Of a stretch of DNA of 64,000 nucleotides, positions 24,658-35,413 are shown in pieces; position 1 is the stretch's first letter; every line of letters begins with the position of its first letter. The notes beneath the pieces are model-generated. The model saw nothing but the letters and a program-made list of their open reading frames with translations. It made no database searches and was not told the DNA's origin. The stretch spans positions 249,511 through 313,510 of the forward strand of contig JANWKT010000007.1 of NCBI GenBank assembly GCA_025451235.1, written 5' to 3'. The position numbers were made by a program, and so were the translations under genes. This DNA comes from Flavobacteriales bacterium. GTDB taxonomy: Bacteria > Bacteroidota > Bacteroidia > CAIKAF01.

Positions 24658-27219
24658 CTATCGGACCAGGCTAACTCTTCCCATCATGTCATACTCATCT
24701 CCATTGGTACCTTTGGCCTTCACTCTATATACATAAACTCCTTGTGGAGCAAGTGAACCACCGGGGAGTGACCCATCCCAACCTTTTTCGATAGAACTAA
24801 AAGCAAATACTTCTTCACCCCAGCGATCAAAGATCATCATTTGGAATTCTTCAATATAAATACCTTTTGCCATGAATAATTCATTGATTCCATCTCCATT
24901 CGGTGTGAATGCATCAGGAATGAACAGGGTGGGTACAGCCTCCACAACTAAACATTGCATCATGGTATCTACACAACCGTTGATGGTTGTCACTTCAAGT
25001 ACGATGCAGTATGTTCCCAGGTCAAGATAGGTATGGACAAAACTTTGTTGGTTATAAGTCGATCCATCACCCATATCCCAATGCCAGGTATATGCATTGA
25101 TGGATTCATCATGAGGTTCTACGGATGATTCGGTAACCGGAACACTATAGTCAGTTAAGTAGAAGTCTGCAACCGGTAAAGGATACACCTCAATATAATT
25201 GACCATCGTAAGTGTATCTACACATCCATCAGAGGAGGTAGCTACCAACGAGATGGTATACTGTCCCTGATTGTTAAAACAATGCGAAGGTGATGGTGCG
25301 TTGCTCAAACTGGTTCCATTACTAAACCACGACCAATTTGTAATGGTTGCACCATTCACGGTGGTGTTATCTGTAAAGTTCACACAGTGGGTAACACATC
25401 CATAAGGATCATCCACCGAAAAGTTGACATTAGGAGTTTCCAATACATCTACAGGAACTGTAGTACTGGAAGTACATCCCATATCAGTAGTTCCTGTTAG
25501 GGTTACATTATAGGTTCCGGCTGCTCCATAGTTATGACTCGCTACGGAAGAGCTACCTGCAGGTGATCCATCACCGTAGTTCCAGGAATAGGTATTAATA
25601 GTTCCCGAAGAAACGTTGGAGGTACTGGTAAAATCTGTTGCACTACCAAAACATACACTCGTTGCATTGAACGACATATTGGGTAATGGTGATACATTGA
25701 TAGGTAAAGAAGCACTGGCTGTACAACCATTCGCATCCGTTACAACCACAGAATAGGTAGTAGTAGTGGTAGGCGTAACATTGTGATTTGGATTAGCAGC
25801 TAATGAGTTTGACCAGGCATACGAATAACCACCGGCTCCACCATTAGGTGTAGCGGTGAGATCAGTCATATCTCCATCACATAACATATCATCTGTTGTA
25901 GTAAGATTCACTGTGACAGCAGTAGGTTCGGCAATATTTGCAGTAGTGGTAGCCGTGCAACCATTCGCATCGGTTACGGTGACCACATAAGCACCTGCGG
26001 GAACAGGTGTGGTAGTAGCTGCATTTCCGCCCGAGGGAGACCAGCTAAAATTAAATCCTCCAGTACCACCTGATCCACTCGCCGTAGCGGTTCCATCCGA
26101 AGCACCATTACAAGATGCAGGGGTGGTACCAACAATATTGGCCACTACAGCCGTAGGTTCTGTTAGCGTATAGGTGGCTGTTACGGTGCATCCACCTGCA
26201 CCCACATCCGTTACTGTTACAGTATAGGTTCCTGCTGTTAGTCCGGATGCTGTTGCACCGGTACCACCTGAAGGAGCCCATGAATACGTATAAGGACCGG
26301 TTCCTCCGGATGGATTCGCAGTTGCCGTTCCATCTGAACCTCCATTACAAGAAACATTGGTTTGATTTGGATTAACGACCGCGGTAGAAACGTTGCCAAG
26401 AATGGTTACGGTTGCACTATTGGTTAAACAACCACCATTAGCAGAAACAGTTACTGTATAGGTTCCAGGGCATAAATTACTAGCAGTTGCTGCTGTGCCT
26501 CCGCTGGGTGCCCATGAATACGTAAAGGGTCCTGGTGTTCCGGAAGGGGAAGCAGTAGCTGTTCCATCACATGCGCCGCAAGTAGCATCAGTATGGTTCA
26601 TACCAATGTTCAGCACAGCGGCGGGGCCTGCTGGTACCCAACAATCTACTACAGCATATCTTGAACCTGCTCCACAACCATTGTGAGTCAATACATATTG
26701 AGTGGCACCCGGAGGATTGTTTACAACGATTAAGTTACTGGTGGCCGGACCTCCGGTATACAACAGACCTGTTCCTCCATTGATGGAACTCCAATTGGCA
26801 GTGCAAAGAGCTGAAACTTGCAAACAATTGGGTTGACCCGGTCCAACGGCAAAATAAAATTGTTCGCAATTATTCGTACCATTAACAATCACCGAAAAAC
26901 TGGATACGGGAGCACTAAAATTTAATGTGATAGATTGTCCGGCAGCATTTAACCACCATGCTGGATTTGTACAATTATAAGTGATCCCGCTGCATGTATA
27001 AGAGAAATTATTTAAAGTAGTTACACCTCCGCCTAACACCGCATTCACAGTAATTCCTGTTCCAGGACTTAGGTATGGATATTGGTTAGCTGCGATGACA
27101 GTTGCAGCTGCCCAGTTGCCGGAAGAACATGCAGTTTGGGAAAACGAGGTATTCGCACTTGCTAAAAAAAACACGATTAGCAAGAATTTTATTTTTTTTA
27201 TGAATGCTACATAACTCAT
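24658..27219 (-). CDS. SprB-repeat / Ig-like / PKD-domain surface protein with gliding-motility-associated (type B T9SS) C-terminal domain
   Basis: Three SprB-type repeats (for example VSCNGGSDGTATANPSGGTGPYTYSWAPSGGTGATASGLTAGTYTVTVTD). Three PKD-like domains (WNYGDGS..., WHWDMGDGST...). C-terminus PDAFTPNGDGINELF...FDRWGEEVF...GWDG...GVYVYRV is a type B CTD. The ORF track begins at TTG 27264; ATG 27219 gives MSYVAFIKKIKFLLIVFFLASANTSFSQ. Confidence 0.85.
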   Translation of the reverse strand: MSYVAFIKKIKFLLIVFFLASANTSFSQTACSSGNWAAATVIAANQYPYLSPGTGITVNAVLGGGVTTLNNFSYTCSGITYNCTNPAWWLNAAGQSITLNFSAPVSSFSVIVNGTNNCEQFYFAVGPGQPNCLQVSALCTANWSSINGGTGLLYTGGPATSNLIVVNNPPGATQYVLTHNGCGAGSRYAVVDCWVPAGPAAVLNIGMNHTDATCGACDGTATASPSGTPGPFTYSWAPSGGTAATASNLCPGTYTVTVSANGGCLTNSATVTILGNVSTAVVNPNQTNVSCNGGSDGTATANPSGGTGPYTYSWAPSGGTGATASGLTAGTYTVTVTDVGAGGCTVTATYTLTEPTAVVANIVGTTPASCNGASDGTATASGSGGTGGFNFSWSPSGGNAATTTPVPAGAYVVTVTDANGCTATTTANIAEPTAVTVNLTTTDDMLCDGDMTDLTATPNGGAGGYSYAWSNSLAANPNHNVTPTTTTTYSVVVTDANGCTASASLPINVSPLPNMSFNATSVCFGSATDFTSTSNVSSGTINTYSWNYGDGSPAGSSSVASHNYGAAGTYNVTLTGTTDMGCTSSTTVPVDVLETPNVNFSVDDPYGCVTHCVNFTDNTTVNGATITNWSWFSNGTSLSNAPSPSHCFNNQGQYTISLVATSSDGCVDTLTMVNYIEVYPLPVADFYLTDYSVPVTESSVEPHDESINAYTWHWDMGDGSTYNQQSFVHTYLDLGTYCIVLEVTTINGCVDTMMQCLVVEAVPTLFIPDAFTPNGDGINELFMAKGIYIEEFQMMIFDRWGEEVFAFSSIEKGWDGSLPGGSLAPQGVYVYRVKAKGTNGDEYDMMGRVSLVR

Positions 27220-27492
27220 ATTATACGAGTATTTGGGTTCTAAATAAATAAACTTGGTTTTCAAATTTAATGATAAAAACTTATTAATAGCCTAAGTTCT
27301 AGCAAAAAAAATTGGTTTTTGGCGAAGGGTTTATCAACTTGATGTTAATAGCCTAATTAACAATAACTTATATGCACGCCTTTCATGCATCGATCTAAAC
27401 CCTTTTTGGGTTTAAGCAAAAAATATTATATTTAAATTCGACAGAGGGTCAATCTAATGTCAACTGAAACCTGGTTAAAATAGAAAGCTGAG

Positions 27493-27996
27493 ATGAACTT
27501 AACAGCCCAAATTGCAAAGCATCTAAGAGATATCCATTTTGGTGGGAATTGGACCGTCTCGAACCTGAAAGACCATCTGACTAATATAACCTGGCAACAG
27601 GCTACTACCAAAGTGGGGTCTTTTAATACCATTGCTACCCTTACTTATCATGTGAACTATTTTGTAAGTGCAGCTATGCAGGTATTAAAAGGAAAACCGC
27701 TCGATGCCCATGATAAATTTAGTTTCGACCACCCCCCTATTCACGCTCGGGCAGATTGGGAAAGGTTGTTGGACAAGGTTTGGGCAGATGCCGAAAACTT
27801 TGCCAGGTTGATCGAAGAGTTACCCGAAGAAAAGCTTTGGGAAGACTTTACCGATAAAAAATATGGAAATTATTATAGGAATCTTCACGGGATCATAGAG
27901 CATATGCACTATCATTTAGGACAAATTGCATTGATAAAAAAAATGTTATTGACCCAGGAAAATGTATCCGATAACAAAAGCGATGAAAAAAAATAA
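27493..27996 (+). CDS. DinB-superfamily (four-helix-bundle, DUF1572-like) protein
   Basis: 167 aa. TLTYHVNYF near the N-terminus and IIEHMHYHLGQIALIKK near the C-terminus, which is the His-containing helix pattern of DinB-family proteins. Confidence 0.6.
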   Translation: MNLTAQIAKHLRDIHFGGNWTVSNLKDHLTNITWQQATTKVGSFNTIATLTYHVNYFVSAAMQVLKGKPLDAHDKFSFDHPPIHARADWERLLDKVWADAENFARLIEELPEEKLWEDFTDKKYGNYYRNLHGIIEHMHYHLGQIALIKKMLLTQENVSDNKSDEKK

Positions 27997-28157
27997 GTTT
28001 TTATTAAATTGAAACTATAAATGATAACACACGTTAAAAACCCTCGATCCGCAGCGCGAATGAGTGCTTAACCCTCTTTGGGCCTTGGGTCAAATTAACT
28101 ATATAAGCACTTGGAATTCAGGTATTTTTTTTATATTTACTGACTCAATATCATTTC

Positions 28158-29879
28158 ATGAAAAGACTTTACCCAGCCATTGTCCTCACCCTTATTTACC
28201 TAACTCTTCCAACCCAAACCTTTAGCCAAATTGTAAATATTCCGGATCCTGCTTTTAAAGCACAATTGGTGGGTAATGCCGCCATCAATACCAATGTAGA
28301 TCCAGAGATACAAGTTTCCGAAGCAACTGCTTATACTGGTGGCATATTTGTTGGTACCCAGGGTATATCTGATTTAACCGGTATAGAAGCGTTTACAGGT
28401 CTTACTGCTTTGGATGTCTCTCAAAATTCCTTGGCTAGTATAGACCTTTCTTACAACATAGCCCTTACCAGTTTATATTGCAACTTCAATTCATTAACCT
28501 GCTTAGATCTATCCAATAACTCTGCACTTGTTGTATTGGATTGTTCTGACAATAGTTTAACCGCCTTGAACCTTAAAAATGGGAACAATACCATTCTTAC
28601 CAATTATAATTCAATAGGTAATCCATCTCTCACCTGTATCCAGGTAAGTAACGTTGCTTATGCAAATAGCACTTGGATTTCTCATGATCCGAGCTCAAAC
28701 TTCAACTTGGTTTGCGGCCCTCAACCGGTAGCTAATTTTATCTCCAACGCACCTGTTTGCTGTGGGACTCCGGTAACTTTTACTGAAACAGCTACTTTTG
28801 AAACCAATTGGCATTGGGATTTTGGAGATGGAGGGACATCGACCGCACAAAATCCAACGCATACTTATGGAAGTGTAGGTGATTATATTGTGAGTCTCAT
28901 CGCAAAAAACTGTAACGGTGCAGATACAATTGGATATACCATTGTTCAGGGCACTGATCTGCATGGCCAAGTTACTTATTCCGGCGGAAACGTGACCAAC
29001 GGTGTGGCTATCTTATATCCCCATGTACCTTTTTTCACTTCTTTCGATACTTTGCAAATTCAGTCTTTGGATGCTGCCGGCATGTATCATTTTACGAATG
29101 TTCAACAAGGAGATTATTTGGTTCAGATATTTCCTGATACGATTGCCTATCCTTTGCTGGTTGAAACCTATTATGGTGATGAATGGTCCTGGGAAGCTGC
29201 TTCCGTATTTACACATGCCTGTTCTGTAGACGATTTTGCTGATATTGTAATGGTAGAGATAACACCCGTAACTCCTGGACCCGGATTGATCCAGGGTTAT
29301 GTACAAACCGGTCCAGGATTTGGAAGAGCCGAGGGAGATCCGGTACATGGTGTGGTGGTGAAGCGTGGTATTACCAGCAGCACTCAAATACTAGAAACAA
29401 CTACAACGGATGCCAACGGGTCCTATTTCTTTAAAGACCTTCCATTCGGAAATTACACCATCTATGTGGATATGCCAGGGCTTGAAAAGGATTCTGTTTA
29501 TGATGTGGTGGTAGATGCAACAACCAACCAATTCACTGGCCTTAACTATGGCGTGGATTCAGTAAAAGTATACATACTTCCGGGTATTGGTATTGAAGAT
29601 ATTTTGTCATCGGATAACAGCGAAATGAATGTGTTTCCTAATCCCGTAAAAGAAATAGCCACCATTCAATATGCATTGAATGTAAATGCCAAAGTAGAGC
29701 TTGCTGTATATAATATATTGGGTGTAAAAGTGCAAACATTGGTAAATGCTCACTTGCAAAGTGGAGAATACGAATGCAATTTTAATCCGAAGAGCAAGAG
29801 CCTTGAACCTGGAGTGTATTTTGTTTCACTCACGGTGGCCGGAAGAACAAAGACGATGAGCATTGTGGTTATGGAATAA
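28158..29879 (+). CDS. T9SS-sorted LRR / PKD / CarboxypepD_reg-like protein, paralog 1 of 3
   Basis: 573 aa. Signal peptide. [12 protein letters not shown]...[27 protein letters not shown]... are LRRs. [28 protein letters not shown] is PKD-like. [40 protein letters not shown] is a Cna-B/CarboxypepD_reg-like fold. C-terminus [14 protein letters not shown]...GVYFVSL is the CTD. Confidence 0.85.
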   Translation: MKRLYPAIVLTLIYLTLPTQTFSQIVNIPDPAFKAQLVGNAAINTNVDPEIQVSEATAYTGGIFVGTQGISDLTGIEAFTGLTALDVSQNSLASIDLSYNIALTSLYCNFNSLTCLDLSNNSALVVLDCSDNSLTALNLKNGNNTILTNYNSIGNPSLTCIQVSNVAYANSTWISHDPSSNFNLVCGPQPVANFISNAPVCCGTPVTFTETATFETNWHWDFGDGGTSTAQNPTHTYGSVGDYIVSLIAKNCNGADTIGYTIVQGTDLHGQVTYSGGNVTNGVAILYPHVPFFTSFDTLQIQSLDAAGMYHFTNVQQGDYLVQIFPDTIAYPLLVETYYGDEWSWEAASVFTHACSVDDFADIVMVEITPVTPGPGLIQGYVQTGPGFGRAEGDPVHGVVVKRGITSSTQILETTTTDANGSYFFKDLPFGNYTIYVDMPGLEKDSVYDVVVDATTNQFTGLNYGVDSVKVYILPGIGIEDILSSDNSEMNVFPNPVKEIATIQYALNVNAKVELAVYNILGVKVQTLVNAHLQSGEYECNFNPKSKSLEPGVYFVSLTVAGRTKTMSIVVME

Positions 29880-29937
29880 TGAAAAAGAAAATAGTATTTC
29901 ACATATTTATAAATTCAAACCCTATTAAGGTCACAAC

Positions 29938-31710
29938 ATGAAAAAACTATTACTGAGTATTATTATTTTACTGGGCGCTGTTTTCTCATTTGCACAAAAC
30001 GTGAATATTCCTGATCCTATTTTTAAGGCTTTCTTGGTAGGGGATCCAACCATTAACACCAGTGGAGATGGAGAGATCCAGGTAGGTGAAGCTGCTGCGT
30101 ATGCTGATACGATCAATGCAGGTGCATTAGGCATCAATAACCTTACAGGTATCGAAGCTTTTACAGCACTTTTGGTGCTGGATTGCAGCAACAATAACCT
30201 AACAAGTTTGGATCTAACGGATAATGTTTCTTTGATCAGATGTAATTGTTCATATAACAACTTAACCAGTTTGGACGTGTCTTATATGCCTAATCTGGGC
30301 TTCCTGAATTGTTGTTTCAATAATTTAACCTGTGTGGATGTTTCCACGGATACCGCTTTGGTTCTCCTGAATTGTGCCAACAATAATTTATCGAGTTTAA
30401 ATCTTAAAAATGGACATAATACTAGTCTTTCCTCCATGACGTCCCTGAACAATGCTCCACTTTCCTGTATCCAAGTGGACAATGTGGCGTATGCGATGAC
30501 TGCCGGATGGCCGCACGATACCTGGTCGAACTATAATCTCTTTTGCGGAGCTCCTGCAACAGCTTCCTTTACTGCCAATGATCCGGTATGTTTTGGAACC
30601 CCGGTTAGTTTTACCAATACATCTACCAATTCTAACAAGTGGTGTTGGGATTTTGGTGACGGGGATACATCTACCCAGCAAAATCCAACGCATACCTATG
30701 CGGGTACGGGAAGTTATATGGTATATTTAATTGCCAGCAACTGTAACAGTAAAGATACTACGTCCGTGCCGGTTAACCAGGGTACCAATATCTATGGAAC
30801 AGCGAGTTATTCCTTGGGAAATGTCGGCGCCGGTTTTGCAGTACTTTATCCACATCAGCCTATTTTTATCTCCTTTGACACCTTACAAGTAGTGCCTCTT
30901 GATGCGTTTGGAAACTTTATTTTTGGCCATGTACCTCAAGGTAATTATTTAGTACAAATATTTCCGGATACTGCTATTTACCCAACGCTGGTACCAACCT
31001 ATTATACCTCTGATTGGTTATGGGATTCAGCCAGCGTTCATTCACATGGTTGCTTCACCGATAGTTATCCGAATGTAACCATGGCCGAGCTAACTCCATC
31101 CACTCCAGGGATTGGTTATATCCAAGGATTTGTGATATCAGATAGTACTTATGGAAGAGCCCAGGGAGACCCCGTACATGGAGTCGTAGTAAAACGGGGT
31201 ATTACAGGTAGTTCTCAGGTCCTTGAAACAACTGTAACGGATACCAATGGAGAATATATGTTCAGCAATGTAGGTTTTGGTAACTATACCATTTACGTTG
31301 ACATTCCAGGATTGCATAGAGATTCTGTATATGATATTATTGTAGATGCATCTACCAACCAATTCCTCAATCTCTATTATGTTGCCGACTCTTCCCGAGT
31401 TTATATACTCCCAGGGATAGGCATAGAAGATATCTCTCCTGACGATAACAGTGAATTGAAAGTATTCCCAAATCCTGTAATAGAAAATGCCACTATTAAA
31501 TATGCCATGAACGTAAACGCAAAAGTGGAATTAGCAGTATACAATTTATTAGGCGTAAAGGTACAATCACTTGTAAATGGATATTTACAGAACGGAGAGT
31601 ACGAATGTAATTTTAATCCGAAAAGTAAGAATCTTGAGCCTGGGATCTATTTTATTTCATTAACGGTAGCCGGACGGACCAAGACAACCAGCATCATCGT
31701 CATGGAATAA
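29938..31710 (+). CDS. T9SS-sorted LRR / PKD / CarboxypepD_reg-like protein, paralog 2 of 3
   Basis: 590 aa. Collinear with paralogs 1 and 3 along the whole length, with the same motif order and the CTD VFPNPVIENATIKY...GIYFISL. Confidence 0.85.
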   Translation: MKKLLLSIIILLGAVFSFAQNVNIPDPIFKAFLVGDPTINTSGDGEIQVGEAAAYADTINAGALGINNLTGIEAFTALLVLDCSNNNLTSLDLTDNVSLIRCNCSYNNLTSLDVSYMPNLGFLNCCFNNLTCVDVSTDTALVLLNCANNNLSSLNLKNGHNTSLSSMTSLNNAPLSCIQVDNVAYAMTAGWPHDTWSNYNLFCGAPATASFTANDPVCFGTPVSFTNTSTNSNKWCWDFGDGDTSTQQNPTHTYAGTGSYMVYLIASNCNSKDTTSVPVNQGTNIYGTASYSLGNVGAGFAVLYPHQPIFISFDTLQVVPLDAFGNFIFGHVPQGNYLVQIFPDTAIYPTLVPTYYTSDWLWDSASVHSHGCFTDSYPNVTMAELTPSTPGIGYIQGFVISDSTYGRAQGDPVHGVVVKRGITGSSQVLETTVTDTNGEYMFSNVGFGNYTIYVDIPGLHRDSVYDIIVDASTNQFLNLYYVADSSRVYILPGIGIEDISPDDNSELKVFPNPVIENATIKYAMNVNAKVELAVYNLLGVKVQSLVNGYLQNGEYECNFNPKSKNLEPGIYFISLTVAGRTKTTSIIVME

Positions 31711-31779
31711 ATGGGCCCGAAAAGGTGAGTTCCGTATCTTTGTTTTTAACAAGTTCAACCGCGTATTAATATCAGAAAC

Positions 31780-33564
31780 ATGAAAAAATTATATATTTCA
31801 ACCTTTATCACTCTTGCGTTCATTAGCATATCAAGCAAACTGTTTGCTCAAAATGTGAATATTCCTGATTTTAGTTTTAATTTATTATTGGTGTCTGACC
31901 CTAGCATCAATACCAATGGCGACGGAAGCATACAAGTAAGTGAAGCAGCGGCCTATAGCGGGTCCATTGACGCAAGTTCTCAGGGTATCTTTGACCTTAC
32001 CGGAATAGAAGCATTCACTTCACTTACCGGACTGGATGTGGGTAATAATAATTTAACCACTTTGGATGTGCATCTTTGCACTGCGCTTACATTTCTAGAT
32101 TGCACCAATAATAATCTCACGAGTTTAAACATAGATAACCTACCTTATCTCACCACTATCTATTGCAATAACAATTCACTCACCTGTCTGGATATTTCGA
32201 CAGACACTGCAGTGACCACCCTGACATGCGGTGGAAATTTTTTAACAAGTCTGAACCTAAAAAACGGGAATAACACCTCATTGACTACCATGAATTCGCT
32301 GGGAGCCGGCGGTATGCTCTATTGCATCCAGGTTGACAATGTTGCCTACGCAATGTCTGCCGGTTGGCCCCATGATACCTGGTCGAACTACAATGCCGTT
32401 TGTGGATTGCAGGCAACGGCATCTTATACAGCCAATGATCCCCAATGTTTTGGAACACCTGTTACCTTTACCAATACATCCACCAATTCTACCAGATGGT
32501 GCTGGGATTTTGGTGATGGAGGCACATCCACCCAACAAAACCCAGCCTATACCTATCCTGCTGCAGGTTATTATACAACCTATTTAATTGCCATCAACTG
32601 CAATAGCCGGGATACTGCATCGGCGGGTGTTGCTCAAGGTATGAGTATGTATGGAACCGCAAGTTATTCATTGGGGCCCGTTACAAGTGGTTTTGCGGTA
32701 CTTTATCTACAGCAACCTATTTTCATTTCATTTGACACCGTGCAGGTAGTCCCCCTGGATGCATTCGGAAATTTTATTTTTAACCATGTTCCTCAAGGAA
32801 ATTACTTAGTCCAAATATTTCCAGATACGCTGGCTTATCCTACGCTTGTCCCCACCTATTATGGTACTCATTGGTTGTGGGATTCAGCCGGTGTACATGT
32901 GCATGGATGCTTCGGTGATACCTATCCTAATGTAACCATGGTTGAGCTTACGCCTTCTACACCTGGAATTGGTTATATTCAGGGATTCGTGATACAAGAA
33001 ACGGGATTCGGAAGAGCGCAGGGAGACCCAGTGCATGGGGTCGTTGTCAAACGCGGAATTACCGGTAGTTCTCAAATTATTGAAACGACCGTAACCGATA
33101 CGAATGGAGAATATATTTTCAACAATGTAGGTTTTGGTAACTATACTATCTACGTAGATATTCCAGGATTACATAGGGATTCTGTGTACGACCTGATTGT
33201 AGATGCAACCACCAACCAGTTCCCCAATCTCTATTATGTTGCTGACTCTTCACGTGTTTACATCGTTCCCGGGATTGGTATTGACGACATTTCAACAGAT
33301 CCTCATCAATTAAATGTGTTCCCAAATCCTGTAAAGGAAAATGTAACGGTTGGTTTTACACTCAATGCTGATGCAAAAGTGCAATTAGATATCTATAATG
33401 TATTAGGAGTAAAGGTCCAGTCACTTGTAGATGAACATTTACAAAGTGGTGAGCATTCTTTTCATTTTAATCCGAAGAACAAGGATCTCAAACCTGGTAT
33501 ATATTTTATTTCGCTTACAGCTAACCGAAAAACCACTACCAGGAGAGTAATAGTGATGGAATAA
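31780..33564 (+). CDS. T9SS-sorted LRR / PKD / CarboxypepD_reg-like protein, paralog 3 of 3
   Basis: 594 aa. Collinear with paralog 2, with long identical stretches such as [26 protein letters not shown] and [21 protein letters not shown] is [14 protein letters not shown]...GIYFISL. Confidence 0.85.
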   Translation: MKKLYISTFITLAFISISSKLFAQNVNIPDFSFNLLLVSDPSINTNGDGSIQVSEAAAYSGSIDASSQGIFDLTGIEAFTSLTGLDVGNNNLTTLDVHLCTALTFLDCTNNNLTSLNIDNLPYLTTIYCNNNSLTCLDISTDTAVTTLTCGGNFLTSLNLKNGNNTSLTTMNSLGAGGMLYCIQVDNVAYAMSAGWPHDTWSNYNAVCGLQATASYTANDPQCFGTPVTFTNTSTNSTRWCWDFGDGGTSTQQNPAYTYPAAGYYTTYLIAINCNSRDTASAGVAQGMSMYGTASYSLGPVTSGFAVLYLQQPIFISFDTVQVVPLDAFGNFIFNHVPQGNYLVQIFPDTLAYPTLVPTYYGTHWLWDSAGVHVHGCFGDTYPNVTMVELTPSTPGIGYIQGFVIQETGFGRAQGDPVHGVVVKRGITGSSQIIETTVTDTNGEYIFNNVGFGNYTIYVDIPGLHRDSVYDLIVDATTNQFPNLYYVADSSRVYIVPGIGIDDISTDPHQLNVFPNPVKENVTVGFTLNADAKVQLDIYNVLGVKVQSLVDEHLQSGEHSFHFNPKNKDLKPGIYFISLTANRKTTTRRVIVME

Positions 33565-33576
33565 ATACTCCAACTA

Positions 33577-35226
33577 CTACTTCAAATGTAATCTTCTCTT
33601 GAATCTTCTTTCCAAATAGGTATGGACAGGAAATATCAGTGTCGCCAGTAAAATATTCACCAGTAATTTATAGGCTGGAACTCCATTGGTATAAAAATCC
33701 AGGTAAGGATCAGTATACACCAATATCGATTCAAAAACCAATAATAAAGAAACGAAATTAAGACCCTGAGCCAATGCCGCAGGAACTTTAATAAAGCCTA
33801 GCAGTAAAATAACACCAACGACCAGGAACACCACTAGAAAAATAACCATGAACTGGAGTGTATCCCTTCTTTTGATCCGGGATTTTTCCTTTTCCAAAGC
33901 CTGTGCTTCCAATATTTGATCCTTTTCAATTTCGTATTGCATGTGCATTTGAGCAGTTTCCTGGACCTTTTCTTCGTTGAATAAACTGTCGCGATAAATG
34001 ATATACATTTTATAATTTTCGTATGCTTTTCCAAAATTTCCCTGAGTACTGTCTAAAATAGACAATTCATTATAACTGTCGCGGATGATCCTTTTATTAC
34101 CAATCTCCTTTGAAACCAATAACCCATTGTTCAAATACTTCATGGCTTCCTGGTATTTTTTGAGCTTTAAATTCACTGCCCCCAGGTTTACATAAGTCGC
34201 AGCAATACCCGCTTTGTCGCCAATCTCCTCTCTTATTTTTAAAGAAGCAATATAGTTCTCCACTGCTTGAGGGTATCTATTATTCATTGCATAATTTTTA
34301 TTGCCCTTGAAGATGGCCGAATCTCCCTGAGCTGCATATATTCCTCCAATATTGTGATAAGCAGAGGCTATACCCGGTTGATTTCCAATTTCCTCATCTA
34401 TCTTAAGGGAGGCTAAGTGGTTTTTTAATGCTTGCGAATAATCACCTTCTGCTCTAAAGCAATTACCAATACTGTTATATGAATCTGCGATCCCTCTTTT
34501 ATCGCCCAACTCCTCTCTTAGCTTAAGTGCATTTCTATGGTTCTTTAATGCTTCTTTATAATTCTTTTGAATTTCATATATACTGCCGATGTTGTTATAT
34601 GCATTGGCGATAACCGATTTATCTCCCATTTCTTCGGCAATTTTCAGCGTAGCCAAATGATTCTTCAAGGCTTCTGGATAATTTCCAAGATCTTCATAAA
34701 CAATTCCGATATTGTTATACGATCCTGCAATTCCAGCTTTATCCCCTCTTTCTTCTTCAATTTTAAGAGAGGCCTTATGGTTCTTTAATGCCTTGGCATA
34801 GTCCCCCTGGTACATATACACAAGTCCTATATTACTATAAGCAGCTGCAATACCCTTTTTATCTCCCATTTCTTCCCTGATCACAAGAGATGCCTGGTAA
34901 TTGTTCAATGCTTCCGGATAATTTCCTTGGAACATATAAGCTGCTCCTATAACATTCAGCCCTTCAGCTTTTCCTTTTTTGTAGTCGATCTTTTCGGATA
35001 TAGCAATCGCGTCGTTTGCATAGGTAATGGTTAGTTCGTAATCACCTGTGGTTAATACGATTTCCCAGGCCAGATCTACCAGGTTCTTTACCTTGTTGGT
35101 ATCGTCATTCGCAACACTAATCACAGAAAGGAGTGAATCGGCATAGCTTTGCTGAGCAAATAGCTTCGCACCACTGAGCAAAAAACAAAGTGGCAGTATA
35201 AGTAGAACTTTCGTTGTTTTTGACAT
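33577..35226 (-). CDS. Tetratricopeptide-repeat protein with signal peptide and C-terminal transmembrane segments, no output domain
   Basis: About 8 TPR units (..GNYPEALKNHLATLKIAEEMGDK.. repeated). Coiled-coil segment, then hydrophobic stretches FMVIFLVVFLVVGVILLLGF, LNFVSLLLVFESILVY and LLVNILLATLIFPV. The ORF track begins at TTG 35295; ATG 35226 gives MSKTTKVLLILPLCFLL. Confidence 0.8.
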   Translation of the reverse strand: MSKTTKVLLILPLCFLLSGAKLFAQQSYADSLLSVISVANDDTNKVKNLVDLAWEIVLTTGDYELTITYANDAIAISEKIDYKKGKAEGLNVIGAAYMFQGNYPEALNNYQASLVIREEMGDKKGIAAAYSNIGLVYMYQGDYAKALKNHKASLKIEEERGDKAGIAGSYNNIGIVYEDLGNYPEALKNHLATLKIAEEMGDKSVIANAYNNIGSIYEIQKNYKEALKNHRNALKLREELGDKRGIADSYNSIGNCFRAEGDYSQALKNHLASLKIDEEIGNQPGIASAYHNIGGIYAAQGDSAIFKGNKNYAMNNRYPQAVENYIASLKIREEIGDKAGIAATYVNLGAVNLKLKKYQEAMKYLNNGLLVSKEIGNKRIIRDSYNELSILDSTQGNFGKAYENYKMYIIYRDSLFNEEKVQETAQMHMQYEIEKDQILEAQALEKEKSRIKRRDTLQFMVIFLVVFLVVGVILLLGFIKVPAALAQGLNFVSLLLVFESILVYTDPYLDFYTNGVPAYKLLVNILLATLIFPVHTYLERRFKRRLHLK

Positions 35227-35413
35227 AATGTTTCGGGTATTATGCGTCGGTACAAGTTTACGCATTTTTTTAAAAGGATATGGGCTACTCGTCAACGAAC
35301 TTGCCTGTTAGGGACCTGATTGCCAAATCTTGTTAAAAGAAAAACATATGCACCCTTACTTTAAATTCAATCCATCAGGTTTGGTATATTTGGGAGGCAA
35401 CAATTAAAGTAAC

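Noticed and set aside
28158-33564. Possibility that the three tandem paralogs are a mobile or composite element
   Set aside because: There is no transposase, integrase or terminal inverted repeats. The copies are diverged, ordinary secreted-protein genes, consistent with tandem gene duplication.
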